Source: Candidatus Levyibacteriota bacterium (GTDB lineage Bacteria > Patescibacteriota > Microgenomatia > Levybacterales > UBA12049). Taken from it: a stretch of 64,000 bases of DNA. Position 1 is the first letter of the stretch. Every line of letters starts with the position of its first letter. Shown here one piece after another: positions 25,400 to 34,239 of the stretch. The position numbers were made by a program, and so were the translations under genes. Where the stretch lies: assembly GCA_029260905.1 (NCBI GenBank), contig JAJDCH010000014.1, forward strand, positions 24,129 to 88,128, written 5' to 3'. Under the pieces are notes generated by a model that made no database searches, was not told the DNA's origin, and saw only the letters and a program-made list of their open reading frames with translations.

Positions 25400-26767
25400 A
25401 TGTTTCCTGAAAAGATCATTCTTCATATTGATTTTGATTCATTTTTCGCAAGTGTGGAGCAGCAGAAAAACTCGCTTCTAAGAGGAAGACCTGTTGGCGT
25501 TACAGCAACCAATGGTAGAACGTGCATAATTGCCGCAAGTCGCGAGGCCAAAGCACTTGGTATCAAATCTCCCTCTCGTACATTTGATGCGAAAAGAATC
25601 TGTCCCTCAATTGTATTTGTGCCAGCTGACTTTGTTAATTACTGGAATATAAGTAAGAAATTTTTAAAGATTTGCAATAACTACTCCCCTGTAGTTGAGG
25701 TTTTTTCACTTGATGAGGTTTTTATGGACGCGACGCTTACGGCACCTCTTTTTGGCGGGGTTGAGGGTTTAATAAAAAAATTGAAAAAAGAACTGGCTCA
25801 GGAAATAGGTGAATACATCACTGTGTCTGTTGGTATTTCTCACAATAAAATACTTGCCAAGCTTGCATCAGGAATGAAAAAGCCTGATGGCGCTTTTGAA
25901 ATAAACAAAGAGAACCTGACAGATATTTATAAAAAGGCAAAACTTACTGATATTTGTGGCATAGGTAATAGGATTGAGGTGAGGCTCAATCAAATGGGTA
26001 TTTATAGTCTTGTCCAGCTTTCAAAATGTCCGTTAAATTATTTAATTGCTGAGTTTGGAGAATCTGAAGGAAATTTTCTTTTCAATGTTGGTCGTGGTGT
26101 TGATCAGAGCAATATTGTCCCGTATGCCCAGTTTCCAGGCGTTAAATCAGTGGGACGCAGCTATTGTCTGCCTGTTAATGAATATGATATGAGAAAAGCA
26201 ACTCAGAATATTTATGAGCTCTGTGAAGAGGTCGCGCTCAAATTGAGGAGGCTAAATAAAAAAGCACGCGGTGTAGGATTTTGTTTCAGAGGAAACAAGG
26301 ATATCTCAGGCAGGAAAACTTTTGGAACATACATGAATACAGGGAGGGAATTGTTTGAAGCATGCATGAACAATTTAAATTCTAATTTCCAATACCTAAA
26401 TCCTAAACAATTTCAAAAAATAAAATATAAAAATACAAAACAATTCGATAATTATAATTTTGAAAATTTAGATTTATTTAGTGTTTCTGGTTTGGAATTT
26501 AGGATTTTTGAAATAAAATATCTCCGTCAGATCAGTATTTGGACTTTTAGCTTGAAGAATGCAGACAGTGTGCCTTTATCTTTTTTTGAAACAGCAAAAT
26601 CACAAAAACTTCTTAAAACAATTGATATTTTAAATACCAAATTTGGTGATCATACGATCAGAAACGGATACCTTTTGGATGCTGATAAGCTGACAACTGT
26701 GCCAAACGGTTTTGGGGCTGATAGATATGAAAGGAAGAAATTGACTGATGAGAGTAGGCTGGTCTAA
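25400..26767 (+). CDS. dinB: DNA polymerase IV (Y-family) with an unusually long low-complexity C-terminal extension
   Basis: The N-terminus has ILHIDFDSFFASVEQ (catalytic Asp residues), followed by SVGISHNKILAKLASGMKKPDG. The protein is about 456 aa, against about 350-400 aa typically. The region NSNFQYLNPKQFQKIKYKNTKQFDNYNF is low complexity. Confidence 0.85.
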   Translation: MFPEKIILHIDFDSFFASVEQQKNSLLRGRPVGVTATNGRTCIIAASREAKALGIKSPSRTFDAKRICPSIVFVPADFVNYWNISKKFLKICNNYSPVVEVFSLDEVFMDATLTAPLFGGVEGLIKKLKKELAQEIGEYITVSVGISHNKILAKLASGMKKPDGAFEINKENLTDIYKKAKLTDICGIGNRIEVRLNQMGIYSLVQLSKCPLNYLIAEFGESEGNFLFNVGRGVDQSNIVPYAQFPGVKSVGRSYCLPVNEYDMRKATQNIYELCEEVALKLRRLNKKARGVGFCFRGNKDISGRKTFGTYMNTGRELFEACMNNLNSNFQYLNPKQFQKIKYKNTKQFDNYNFENLDLFSVSGLEFRIFEIKYLRQISIWTFSLKNADSVPLSFFETAKSQKLLKTIDILNTKFGDHTIRNGYLLDADKLTTVPNGFGADRYERKKLTDESRLV

Positions 26768-26800
26768 TTCTGCCAGCCTACTCTCAAACCCTGTAATCTT

Positions 26801-27058
26801 TTAAGTTTTTCTCCTGCTAAACATCATGTAGAGCCATAGGAGTATAACTGATCCTAAAACTGCCACAAATGTTGAGTACAAATTAAATCCTGTGACTCCA
26901 GGCTCTCCAAACGCATTCATAATCATGCCACCGACGAAAGCGCCTATAATTCCAACAATAATATTTCCTAAAGCGCCTTGTTCTGCGTCATTTCCCATAA
27001 TTAGTGATGCAATCCACCCAGCAAGAGCGCCAAATATAATCCAAAGAATAAAATTCAT
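26801..27058 (-). CDS. GlsB/YeaQ/YmgE family (transglycosylase-associated) stress membrane protein
   Basis: The sequence MNFILWIIFGALAGWIASLIMG...GIIGAFVGG, with three TM helices and 85 aa, is typical of the family. A strong AGGAGGTG ribosome-binding site lies upstream. Confidence 0.75.
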   Translation of the reverse strand: MNFILWIIFGALAGWIASLIMGNDAEQGALGNIIVGIIGAFVGGMIMNAFGEPGVTGFNLYSTFVAVLGSVILLWLYMMFSRRKT

Positions 27059-27094
27059 ATGTTTTCACCTCCTTCCTTTTTTAATAAAGGCTAT

Positions 27095-27316
27095 TTATTG
27101 TCCTTTATTTACATTTACATCTACCTGATCCGGAACGTTTATCTGCGGAGTAGATGATTGAGTATTGTTTCCTATTGAATTACTGACATAAGGAATTCCA
27201 TAGAAAATAAAAATAATTGCAAAAATTATTATCAAAATAACCCCAAGCAAAAAGCCCATTCCACCTCCTGAATCATTATTTGTGGGTGTTGCTGGATTGT
27301 TAACTACTGTTGCCAT
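27095..27316 (-). CDS. Small membrane protein (73 aa), hypothetical
   Basis: It has a single TM helix (GFLLGVILIIIFAIIFIFYGI). A strong AGGAGGTG ribosome-binding site lies 6 nt upstream. Confidence 0.5.
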   Translation of the reverse strand: MATVVNNPATPTNNDSGGGMGFLLGVILIIIFAIIFIFYGIPYVSNSIGNNTQSSTPQINVPDQVDVNVNKGQ

Positions 27317-27403
27317 CTAATATCACCTCCTTTCTGGTTTATGAAGCATCATAAGCTATGAGAGTAAGAGATAGATGAGGTGAAGGTAAGAAATAGATGA
27401 GAG

Positions 27404-28216
27404 CTATTCTATGCTACAGACATATGAGCTTTCATCAATTATTCTTTCTCTTTCTTCATGTGTGAGAGGAAGGTTATTAAGAATAGATGGATCTTTACAA
27501 ATGTCTTTACACATGACAATGTGGTTATTGAGAAGATTTACTTTGTTTGCAGGCTTGAGACTAGAAAGAACTGTAATTGGATGAAGTCCTGACTGCTCAA
27601 TAAGGTCTCTTAACGATCCATTTTCAGGATAGTCCCAGCTTATGACTTTCATACCCTTACACATGGCATATGCTTTAACATCTGATGTTGCTTTTGTGTT
27701 TGTGACAATCCATGCATCGTTTAATTCAGCTCCTCTTTTTATATCATCAAATCGTGCCTTGGTGTAAAGCGCTACATGAACTTGAGAGCGAGTACCAGGA
27801 TTATTGTGAAATTTTGCCTCAATCATTGATCTTAATCCGTCTTTTTCAGCAATTACATCAATTTCATGTGCAATACATTCCCCCTGAAGAATTTGTCTTA
27901 TTTTTGTCTTGTAGCCTTGTGCTTGAAGAATATTTGCAATAAAATCTTCAAATGGATAACCACTTGGCCCCAAGTCCATAATTGCCTGCTTGAGACTGTA
28001 TTTGGATCTAGTGAAGGGCTGGGGAGATTTATCAAGATATTCAAGTATATGATGATATATCTCTTTGGTTGAAATATTATCATGAAGTCTTTCTTTTACG
28101 TGAATAAGTGTTTGGTCTTGAAGATTTTTGGGAATTCCTGCACGTTTTATAGAGGACATGACCTTTTCTTCACTAAACGGTTCTGTCTTTCCGTTTGCTT
28201 TTAGGACATTGGGCAT
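27404..28216 (-). CDS. ATP-cone domain fused to an Mrr-cat-like (PD-(D/E)xK) restriction endonuclease domain
   Basis: The N-terminus VLKANGKTEPFSEEKVMSSIKRAG matches the ATP-cone signature. The middle region FEDFIANILQAQGYKTKIRQ...HEIDVIAEKDG...IEAKFH matches the Mrr_cat nuclease core (E/D...EAK). A C-terminal Cys-containing ~100-aa region is unassigned. Confidence 0.6.
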   Translation of the reverse strand: MPNVLKANGKTEPFSEEKVMSSIKRAGIPKNLQDQTLIHVKERLHDNISTKEIYHHILEYLDKSPQPFTRSKYSLKQAIMDLGPSGYPFEDFIANILQAQGYKTKIRQILQGECIAHEIDVIAEKDGLRSMIEAKFHNNPGTRSQVHVALYTKARFDDIKRGAELNDAWIVTNTKATSDVKAYAMCKGMKVISWDYPENGSLRDLIEQSGLHPITVLSSLKPANKVNLLNNHIVMCKDICKDPSILNNLPLTHEERERIIDESSYVCSIE

Positions 28217-28224
28217 AATTTATA

Positions 28225-30558
28225 TTATAGACTTTTTCGTTCAAAGACTACAACTTCTTTTTCTTCTAGAACAATTTTATAGTTTTTATCTTTCCTAAGG
28301 TTTTGAATTTGGATGAGTTGCTTTTCAAGTGATGGAGCTGATTCTGTAGGATTGGTTCTGAAAATTAATATGTCAGCTACCTCTATTCCCTTAGGCAGAA
28401 CATAAATATATTCCCGGTTTGATAGATGAGCCCCAATGTTATTTGATGCAGCAACTTTCTTATCTTTTGGAATATTATTTAAATAATTGTTTAGAATATA
28501 CTTTTCTTTTGCTGGTTTTGTAATCATATCAAGATTTGGTTCTCTTGATCCTGGAAGTGGTCCAAAAAGATAAGCTGCATAAACAGAAACAATAATCATA
28601 TGTATAGACAAATATGAAAGATTGATCTTGGGAAAAATCTTTCTTAGGACAGCTATTCCATAAATAGCACTAATAAAAATAAAAGGAGTAATGGTTGATG
28701 TGTATTGATAGTAAATTTGCTGAAAATTGTCATTGGTACTTAAGAGGTTTTTGAGAAGATCTGGAATTGCATAGATAAGAACTGGTGGAAAAAGAAGCGA
28801 AAGATATGAAAGGGGTAAAAAAAGCTTTGTTAGATAATCAATCTTTTTTTCAGTAAGAATGGCTGAGACTACATCCTGAGGGGATAAGATTATGTTTTTA
28901 ATAATTTCAAATGGACTATTACCAAATTGTGAATAGTTAGATAAGGCAAAGTGATCTCCTCCACGTGCCTGCGGAATTGCAATTGATACTAAATAATAAA
29001 AAACTCCAACTCCTGTGAAAAATAAAATTGAACCAAGTAGCTTTTTGTTGTGTTTTAAAAAAAGAACAGGACCAAAAAGGGCCACAATTAAAAAAACTTG
29101 TTCTTTGGTAATGGCTGCAAGAAGCGCAAAGATCAAAAATGTAAGGTATTTCTTTTTTATCATGAAATAATATGCTGCAAGAAGGAAAGTTGTCGCTAAG
29201 GCAACAGCATGAAAATCATAGATATTAACCCGTTGCAAGCTTGGATTAAGTAGATATGCTATTGACAAAGAAAGTGCTATATTTTTATTAGTTAAAATCC
29301 TCTCTGATATTAGAAAAACAAACAGTGCGCCTATGGACAAAATAATTGTCTGAATAAATAAAAGGGTTTTGGGTGTTTGGAAAACCGCATAGAATGGTGC
29401 AAGAAATATAAGTATAAAATCTGAATGAACCGCTAGTCGAGATTGGATATTTATTCCATCTGGATTTGTAAGTGTAAATATTCTACCCTGGGTAGTATTC
29501 CAGACAGTTTGTGCCATATTCCCAAGATCAAATCTCCCAGCATAATAGTTTTCGTATCTAAGAAAAGAAATTGTTGTGAAGTAGATAATATAAATAATAG
29601 CAAGTAAAATAAGAATGCTTAATTGTTTGTTTTTGTTAATCCATGTTTCTGTTTGTATTAAATATTTATTTTTGGATTTGTACCATAAAAAAGCAAGCCC
29701 TAAAAATATAATTTCAGATATGATTAGAAAAAACCGTGCCAGCAACGATGCAAAGCCTGCAGCACTTGATGAAATAATTTTTGAAAGTCCAAAAACAATT
29801 ATTCCCTCTCTAACACCAAGACCAGCTGGCGTAATAAAAGAAAGCGTGCCAATCAAAAAACTAAGTACAAAAAATCCAGCCAGTTGAAAAAAAAGTTGTG
29901 GATTAAGAAATGTAAAAGACGAAATAGCAAAATAAGCACCCATGCCAAAAAAAAGAAGGTATGTGCAGACAATCAAAAGATGAATAAAGTTCTCTGCTAC
30001 ACTAAATTTTTCCCAAAGTTTATGAATTTTGTGATTGAAAAGATAGACAACAAACCCGATTAGAGCTGATATGTAGACAATGCCTAACCAAAAGTTTCCA
30101 AAGTCAGGAAAAAGATATTTAGAAATAAAAGGAAGCGACAATATTGAAATTAGGAGTGCTCCAACCACAAAAAGCCCCATTTCAATAAGTAAAAGTTTGG
30201 CAATTTCTTTTTGGGTTATACCTTTGTCTGAAAAGTGGGCGCCTCTTGCTAAAAATGACCAAATATTTCCTGGAACATATCTTTTTAGTTCTGAAAACCC
30301 CCAAAAAAGAACAGAATGAGAAAGAGCTATGTCTGCATCATAGATTTTTATTAGTCTATACCACAATCCCCCTCTTAAGAAATAAAAACCTGTAAAGCAA
30401 CATAAAGCATAAAAAATAAAAATATAATTAAGGTTTTGAAATTGTGTTCCAACCTCTGATAAGTTAGGAAGAATTGTTTTGACAATAAAGAATATAGCGA
30501 CAATTGATATTGGCCAGCCAAGAAGGTATTTTAAGGTTGAAATAAATTTATTTTGCAT
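28225..30558 (-). CDS. Large membrane protein with an N-terminal UPF0104 (lysylphosphatidylglycerol-synthase TM-like, flippase-like) domain and a C-terminal GT-C / DUF2079-like domain
   Basis: The N-terminal part carries the GLGVREGIIVFGL motif typical of UPF0104. The C-terminal part RYENYYAGRFDLGNMAQTVWNTTQGRIF...AVHSDFILIF is a polytopic domain resembling DUF2079/GT-C. The start codon lies 6 nt after the tRNA-Arg 3' end. Confidence 0.55.
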   Translation of the reverse strand: MQNKFISTLKYLLGWPISIVAIFFIVKTILPNLSEVGTQFQNLNYIFIFYALCCFTGFYFLRGGLWYRLIKIYDADIALSHSVLFWGFSELKRYVPGNIWSFLARGAHFSDKGITQKEIAKLLLIEMGLFVVGALLISILSLPFISKYLFPDFGNFWLGIVYISALIGFVVYLFNHKIHKLWEKFSVAENFIHLLIVCTYLLFFGMGAYFAISSFTFLNPQLFFQLAGFFVLSFLIGTLSFITPAGLGVREGIIVFGLSKIISSSAAGFASLLARFFLIISEIIFLGLAFLWYKSKNKYLIQTETWINKNKQLSILILLAIIYIIYFTTISFLRYENYYAGRFDLGNMAQTVWNTTQGRIFTLTNPDGINIQSRLAVHSDFILIFLAPFYAVFQTPKTLLFIQTIILSIGALFVFLISERILTNKNIALSLSIAYLLNPSLQRVNIYDFHAVALATTFLLAAYYFMIKKKYLTFLIFALLAAITKEQVFLIVALFGPVLFLKHNKKLLGSILFFTGVGVFYYLVSIAIPQARGGDHFALSNYSQFGNSPFEIIKNIILSPQDVVSAILTEKKIDYLTKLFLPLSYLSLLFPPVLIYAIPDLLKNLLSTNDNFQQIYYQYTSTITPFIFISAIYGIAVLRKIFPKINLSYLSIHMIIVSVYAAYLFGPLPGSREPNLDMITKPAKEKYILNNYLNNIPKDKKVAASNNIGAHLSNREYIYVLPKGIEVADILIFRTNPTESAPSLEKQLIQIQNLRKDKNYKIVLEEKEVVVFERKSL

Positions 30559-30564
30559 TGTAAG

Positions 30565-30639
30565 TACGCCTGGAGGGATTCGAACCCCCGACCCCTTCGT
30601 CCGAAGCGAAGTGCTCTAAATCCGCTGAGCTACAGGCGC
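30565..30639 (-). tRNA. tRNA-Arg (anticodon TCG)
   Basis: The acceptor is gcgcctg/caggcgt with G1-U72. The anticodon stem-loop is cttcg-ctTCGga-cgaag with G37. The T-loop is ttcgaat and the discriminator is A. Confidence 0.85.
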
Positions 30640-30683
30640 GTATGGTAATTTTACCAGTCTGGAGGGTGAATAACAATAAAAAC

Positions 30684-31040
30684 TCACGAGGACTTTTTGG
30701 AGGTTTCTAATCGTTCTACTCTATCTTCAAGATCTGTTACTTTAATCTGAAGCTCTCTGGTTTGATGAGTTCCAACTTCATTGTCTATACTCAAGTCGTC
30801 AACCCTTCCTACAAAACCATCTAGAGTATTCTGAAGTTTATCAAGTTTGGAGTCCAGATTTATATTATCTGATTTCAGGTCTTTAATTTCATCCTGTATA
30901 TTTTCTACTTTTATTTCGACTCTAAATATTTCAGAATGAAGTAGTTTTGATTCTTTTCTAAGATCTGACTTTGTTGATTTTTGCAAGCCTTTAATTGCAT
31001 TGTCTAGATCTGACTTTGTTGCAGGTTTAATAACGTTCAT
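30684..31040 (-). CDS. Coiled-coil hypothetical protein (118 aa)
   Basis: It shows heptad-like charged periodicity, with no TM helix and no recognised domain. Confidence 0.4.
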   Translation of the reverse strand: MNVIKPATKSDLDNAIKGLQKSTKSDLRKESKLLHSEIFRVEIKVENIQDEIKDLKSDNINLDSKLDKLQNTLDGFVGRVDDLSIDNEVGTHQTRELQIKVTDLEDRVERLETSKKSS

Positions 31041-31101
31041 GTAGCGATTAGTATATCACTTTTACGCCCTTTTTAGTCAAGATAACAAATGATATCAAAG
31101 T

Positions 31102-31680
31102 CTATATTTGGCTTGACCAGAAGTACCAGAAATGAATAAGAATAGTAAAAAAGATTATAAGGTACCAGATGAGGATGATGCTTGCATGGAATCGTTTGAT
31201 AAAACTAATTGTTTTTTTAAGACTGTTTGGAGCTAAAATATGTTTATTTTCAAGATTAAAAAGTGTAGTGTAATAAAAAATGGGAATTGTTACACTCCAG
31301 ACAATCATGCAATACGGGCAAAGAACACCTATTACAAAAACGCTTTGATAAAAAAGCCAGTGAACAAATATAATTCCAAGAATAACTCCTGTCTCAAAAC
31401 ATAACCAAAACCAACGCTTAAAATTGGCACCTGCGAGAATACCCATTCCTACTGTAACCACCATAGAAAATCCTCCAATGCCAATAATGGAATTGGGAAA
31501 ACCAAAAATCTCTGCCTGTCTACTCGCCATGACAGAAGTGCAGCTGACTAAAGGATTTATGTTGCAGGCGGGTTGATAATTGGGATTTTTGATAAGTTCA
31601 ATTTTATCTAATGTCAAAGCAAATGAAGCGACAAAACCGATTACTCCAAGTGCTACCAAAATATATCCAAGTTTTTTCAT
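31102..31680 (-). CDS. Vitamin K epoxide reductase (VKOR) family protein
   Basis: It has a four-TM core with the active-site CxxC (VLCPYCMIVW) and loop cysteines (PACNINPLVSCTSV). Confidence 0.7.
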   Translation of the reverse strand: MKKLGYILVALGVIGFVASFALTLDKIELIKNPNYQPACNINPLVSCTSVMASRQAEIFGFPNSIIGIGGFSMVVTVGMGILAGANFKRWFWLCFETGVILGIIFVHWLFYQSVFVIGVLCPYCMIVWSVTIPIFYYTTLFNLENKHILAPNSLKKTISFIKRFHASIILIWYLIIFFTILIHFWYFWSSQI

Positions 31681-31684
31681 ATAA

Positions 31685-32236
31685 TTACTTTTTGGGATGA
31701 AGTGTAGTAGTTAGAAATAAAAACATCATAAACCCACCAATCATTATACCCACAAAAGCAATCCCTACAAAAAGCCATAGTCTTTTAATAAGTTCTTGCA
31801 AAAGAAAATAGGATGTCGGTTCCCTAACTTGGATTTGTTTTCCAGCGCCTTCATCTTCCTGGACTCCCCAAACATATTCAACATCATAAAAACCTTCATT
31901 TTTGAATTTGTATCTTAAACCTGTACTTCCTGCTCCATCGGTATATCCTTTTTCCGTATGAATAATTTCTATTTTTTCTTTAGGTTTCTCTCCGACAAAT
32001 CCCTGCTTTTCATTTTTTTTAATCAAAAAATTTCCTTGAAGCTCTTTAATAGGCTCTCCAGATTCGTTTTCAAAGGTAAATACGATATCTACATCTTCTC
32101 CAGTCAAAGGCGAAAGTGGCGTTTGTGTTATTTCAACTGTGTAGTCACCTCTTATTTGAGGCTCATCCGAATGCGCGAATGAGGTTTTGGGAATTATTAG
32201 TAGCAATAGAAAAGCAAAGATTAAAAAAAATTTCAT
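31685..32236 (-). CDS. Secreted/membrane-anchored hypothetical protein (signal peptide plus C-terminal TM helix)
   Basis: The start is reassigned to the ATG at 32236, because the annotated N-terminus overlaps tRNA-Lys. It lies 18 nt downstream of the tRNA 3' end. Confidence 0.45.
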   Translation of the reverse strand: MKFFLIFAFLLLLIIPKTSFAHSDEPQIRGDYTVEITQTPLSPLTGEDVDIVFTFENESGEPIKELQGNFLIKKNEKQGFVGEKPKEKIEIIHTEKGYTDGAGSTGLRYKFKNEGFYDVEYVWGVQEDEGAGKQIQVREPTSYFLLQELIKRLWLFVGIAFVGIMIGGFMMFLFLTTTLHPKK

Positions 32237-32254
32237 AGTTTTAAATAAGTTTTG

Positions 32255-32326
32255 TGAGCCGGGAGGGATTTGAACCCACAACCAATACCTTAAGAGGGTA
32301 CTGCTCTACCGTTGAGCTACCGGCCC
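32255..32326 (-). tRNA. tRNA-Lys (anticodon CTT)
   Basis: The acceptor is gggccgg/ccggctc. The anticodon stem-loop is gtacc-ctCTTaa-ggtat. The T-loop is ttcaaat. The acceptor is shared with tRNA-Lys(TTT) at 62496. Confidence 0.85.
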
Positions 32327-32403
32327 GAATTAGCTGTTAATCGCTAAGCGTTTGCTGTTTGCAAATTCAAGCTTTCTAATTGTAGCAAAACTGAGCTTAA
32401 ATT

Positions 32404-32994
32404 TCAGCCTTTTTTGAAAAGTGGGTGATTTATTATTTCTTTCCACGACTTAACTCTATAAATATCTTTTCTTAGTTTTTCTTTGTTCCATGGGTAATCA
32501 ATAAGCAATACTTTTGTTTTTCTTGATACGCATTCTTTTGCATAATCCAAATTGTCTTCAATTAATATATCTACTCCAAGATTTTCGCAAATCTCTTTTT
32601 TAGTTATTGACTTTCCTCCAAGCGCCCAATCTGCATGGTTAAGAACATATACATTTTCGAATTTACTTTTGAAGTATTTATCGACCCATTTTTTTGTTAT
32701 ATCTTCAAGCTCAATCTGACGAGAAGTGACTATAATTAGTTTGTGTTTTTTTGACAAAGTATTTATTCCCTCAATAGCACCTGAAAGAGGAATAATCCCT
32801 GGATATCGATCCTCCTTTATTAATTTTATGCAATAATTGACAGCATCTGATCTTGTAATGCCAAGTGTTTCCCACCAGCGGTAAGTATAAAACTGTAGCA
32901 CGGAATAATTAGTATTATTTTCTTTGTTGTATTCTTTAAATATGTAATTATGAAGACATCCAAGCACTTCATCTAAATCTACTGCAACAAGCAT
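32404..32994 (-). CDS. HAD-superfamily hydrolase, 5'(3')-deoxyribonucleotidase-like
   Basis: The N-terminus has VAVDLDEVL (the DxDxV HAD motif I). The protein is 196 aa. Confidence 0.5.
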   Translation of the reverse strand: MLVAVDLDEVLGCLHNYIFKEYNKENNTNYSVLQFYTYRWWETLGITRSDAVNYCIKLIKEDRYPGIIPLSGAIEGINTLSKKHKLIIVTSRQIELEDITKKWVDKYFKSKFENVYVLNHADWALGGKSITKKEICENLGVDILIEDNLDYAKECVSRKTKVLLIDYPWNKEKLRKDIYRVKSWKEIINHPLFKKG

Positions 32995-33069
32995 GTTTTG
33001 ATTATAGCATCTAGATCCAAACTATTGATTATCTTTCAAAAACACGGTACTATCAAAGTATATTAAAAG

Positions 33070-34239
33070 ATGAATAAGTATATGCAGTTAAAAGATAAAT
33101 CCCATTTATTGTTTCCTTTCTTTTCGTTTTTTCTCTTAATTGGAGCAATTGTGCTTGTTTCTTTTCAGAATCAGACAAGGCAAAGTATAAATTCAAAAGC
33201 TGCAAGCAATGTCGTAAATTGCGAAGTTCCTGGTTCTGATTTGACTATATCTACAAACGAGCAATCGCTTCTGACTCTAGTAAATGAGTATCGTAGTCAA
33301 AATAATGCAGGCCCTTTAGCTTTTAATGACTTGCTTAATAGAGCTGCTTCCTGGATGAGCAATGATCTTGCCGCAGGCAATAGACAAGGTCATACTGATT
33401 CTTTGGGAAGAAGTATTGCGCCAAGATTTAAGGATTGCGGTTATACGGCTTATCAGAATATAGGAGAAAATCTTTTTTATGGAAGTAGCAGTCCTCAGGA
33501 AGCAATTAGTTGGTGGAAAAACTCACCAAGCCACAATGAAACTATGTTAAATCCTATTTTTACAGAGGTTGGAATCGCAGAAAAGGGAGGAAAATATACA
33601 ATGGATTTTGGAAGACCTTTACAGGTGGTTGATCCTTCGATTACCCTAGAACCGTCTTTGAGTGTTACTGGTGTTCCAAATGCATCAGTTTCTGCTACTC
33701 CTACACCAGAAGTAAGACCAACCGTTGATCCTCAACAGCCTGCCACAAAGGTAAAGGTTTCTATCGAGTTTAATGGAATAGGCAGAGCGGGCAATTCTTC
33801 CCCAATTAATCTTTCTCGCCAAGTAGCGCTTCAGGTTCTTGATCTTGAAAATAAAGAGGTTACCACTGCTGTTGCATTCCTCACCTATAATCAACAAAAA
33901 GGGTTTTTTGCTGGAGATGTAAATCTTGGAAAAATTGCAAATGGTACTTATTATATGAAGGTTTTTTCTGAGTTTACTCTGATCTCTCTTGTTCTTCCTC
34001 AATTTCAAGTGCTTGATTATACAAAAACACTGGAGTTGCCAACAGTTCTTCTTTATCCTGGAGATTTTGATCAAGATAATGCATTAACAATTGATGATTA
34101 CACTTTGGCGCTGGCTTGTTTTCAGGATGCAGTCTGCTCAGCTGAAGAAAAAGCGGTTGATCTAAATGATGATGGAATAGCAGATATCAAAGACTATAAT
34201 TTGCTTTTAGACAGTTACAATAGTTTGTCTGGCGATTAA
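33070..34239 (+). CDS. Secreted CAP/SCP/PR-1 domain protein with a C-terminal dockerin-like double Ca-binding repeat
   Basis: It has a signal/TM anchor. The CAP core is LVNEYRSQNNAGPLAFND...HTDSL...GENLFYGS...WKNSPSHNETM. The C-terminus carries GDFDQDNALTIDDYTLAL and VDLNDDGIADIKDYNLLL, which is a tandem dockerin type I signature. Confidence 0.7.
   Translation: MNKYMQLKDKSHLLFPFFSFFLLIGAIVLVSFQNQTRQSINSKAASNVVNCEVPGSDLTISTNEQSLLTLVNEYRSQNNAGPLAFNDLLNRAASWMSNDLAAGNRQGHTDSLGRSIAPRFKDCGYTAYQNIGENLFYGSSSPQEAISWWKNSPSHNETMLNPIFTEVGIAEKGGKYTMDFGRPLQVVDPSITLEPSLSVTGVPNASVSATPTPEVRPTVDPQQPATKVKVSIEFNGIGRAGNSSPINLSRQVALQVLDLENKEVTTAVAFLTYNQQKGFFAGDVNLGKIANGTYYMKVFSEFTLISLVLPQFQVLDYTKTLELPTVLLYPGDFDQDNALTIDDYTLALACFQDAVCSAEEKAVDLNDDGIADIKDYNLLLDSYNSLSGD

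Noticed and set aside
26340-26560. Possible MITE-like inverted repeat inside dinB
   Set aside because: The complementarity is short (about 10 nt) and imperfect, and it lies in a continuous reading frame. It was kept only as a low-interest note under the DinB extension finding, and not as a mobile element.
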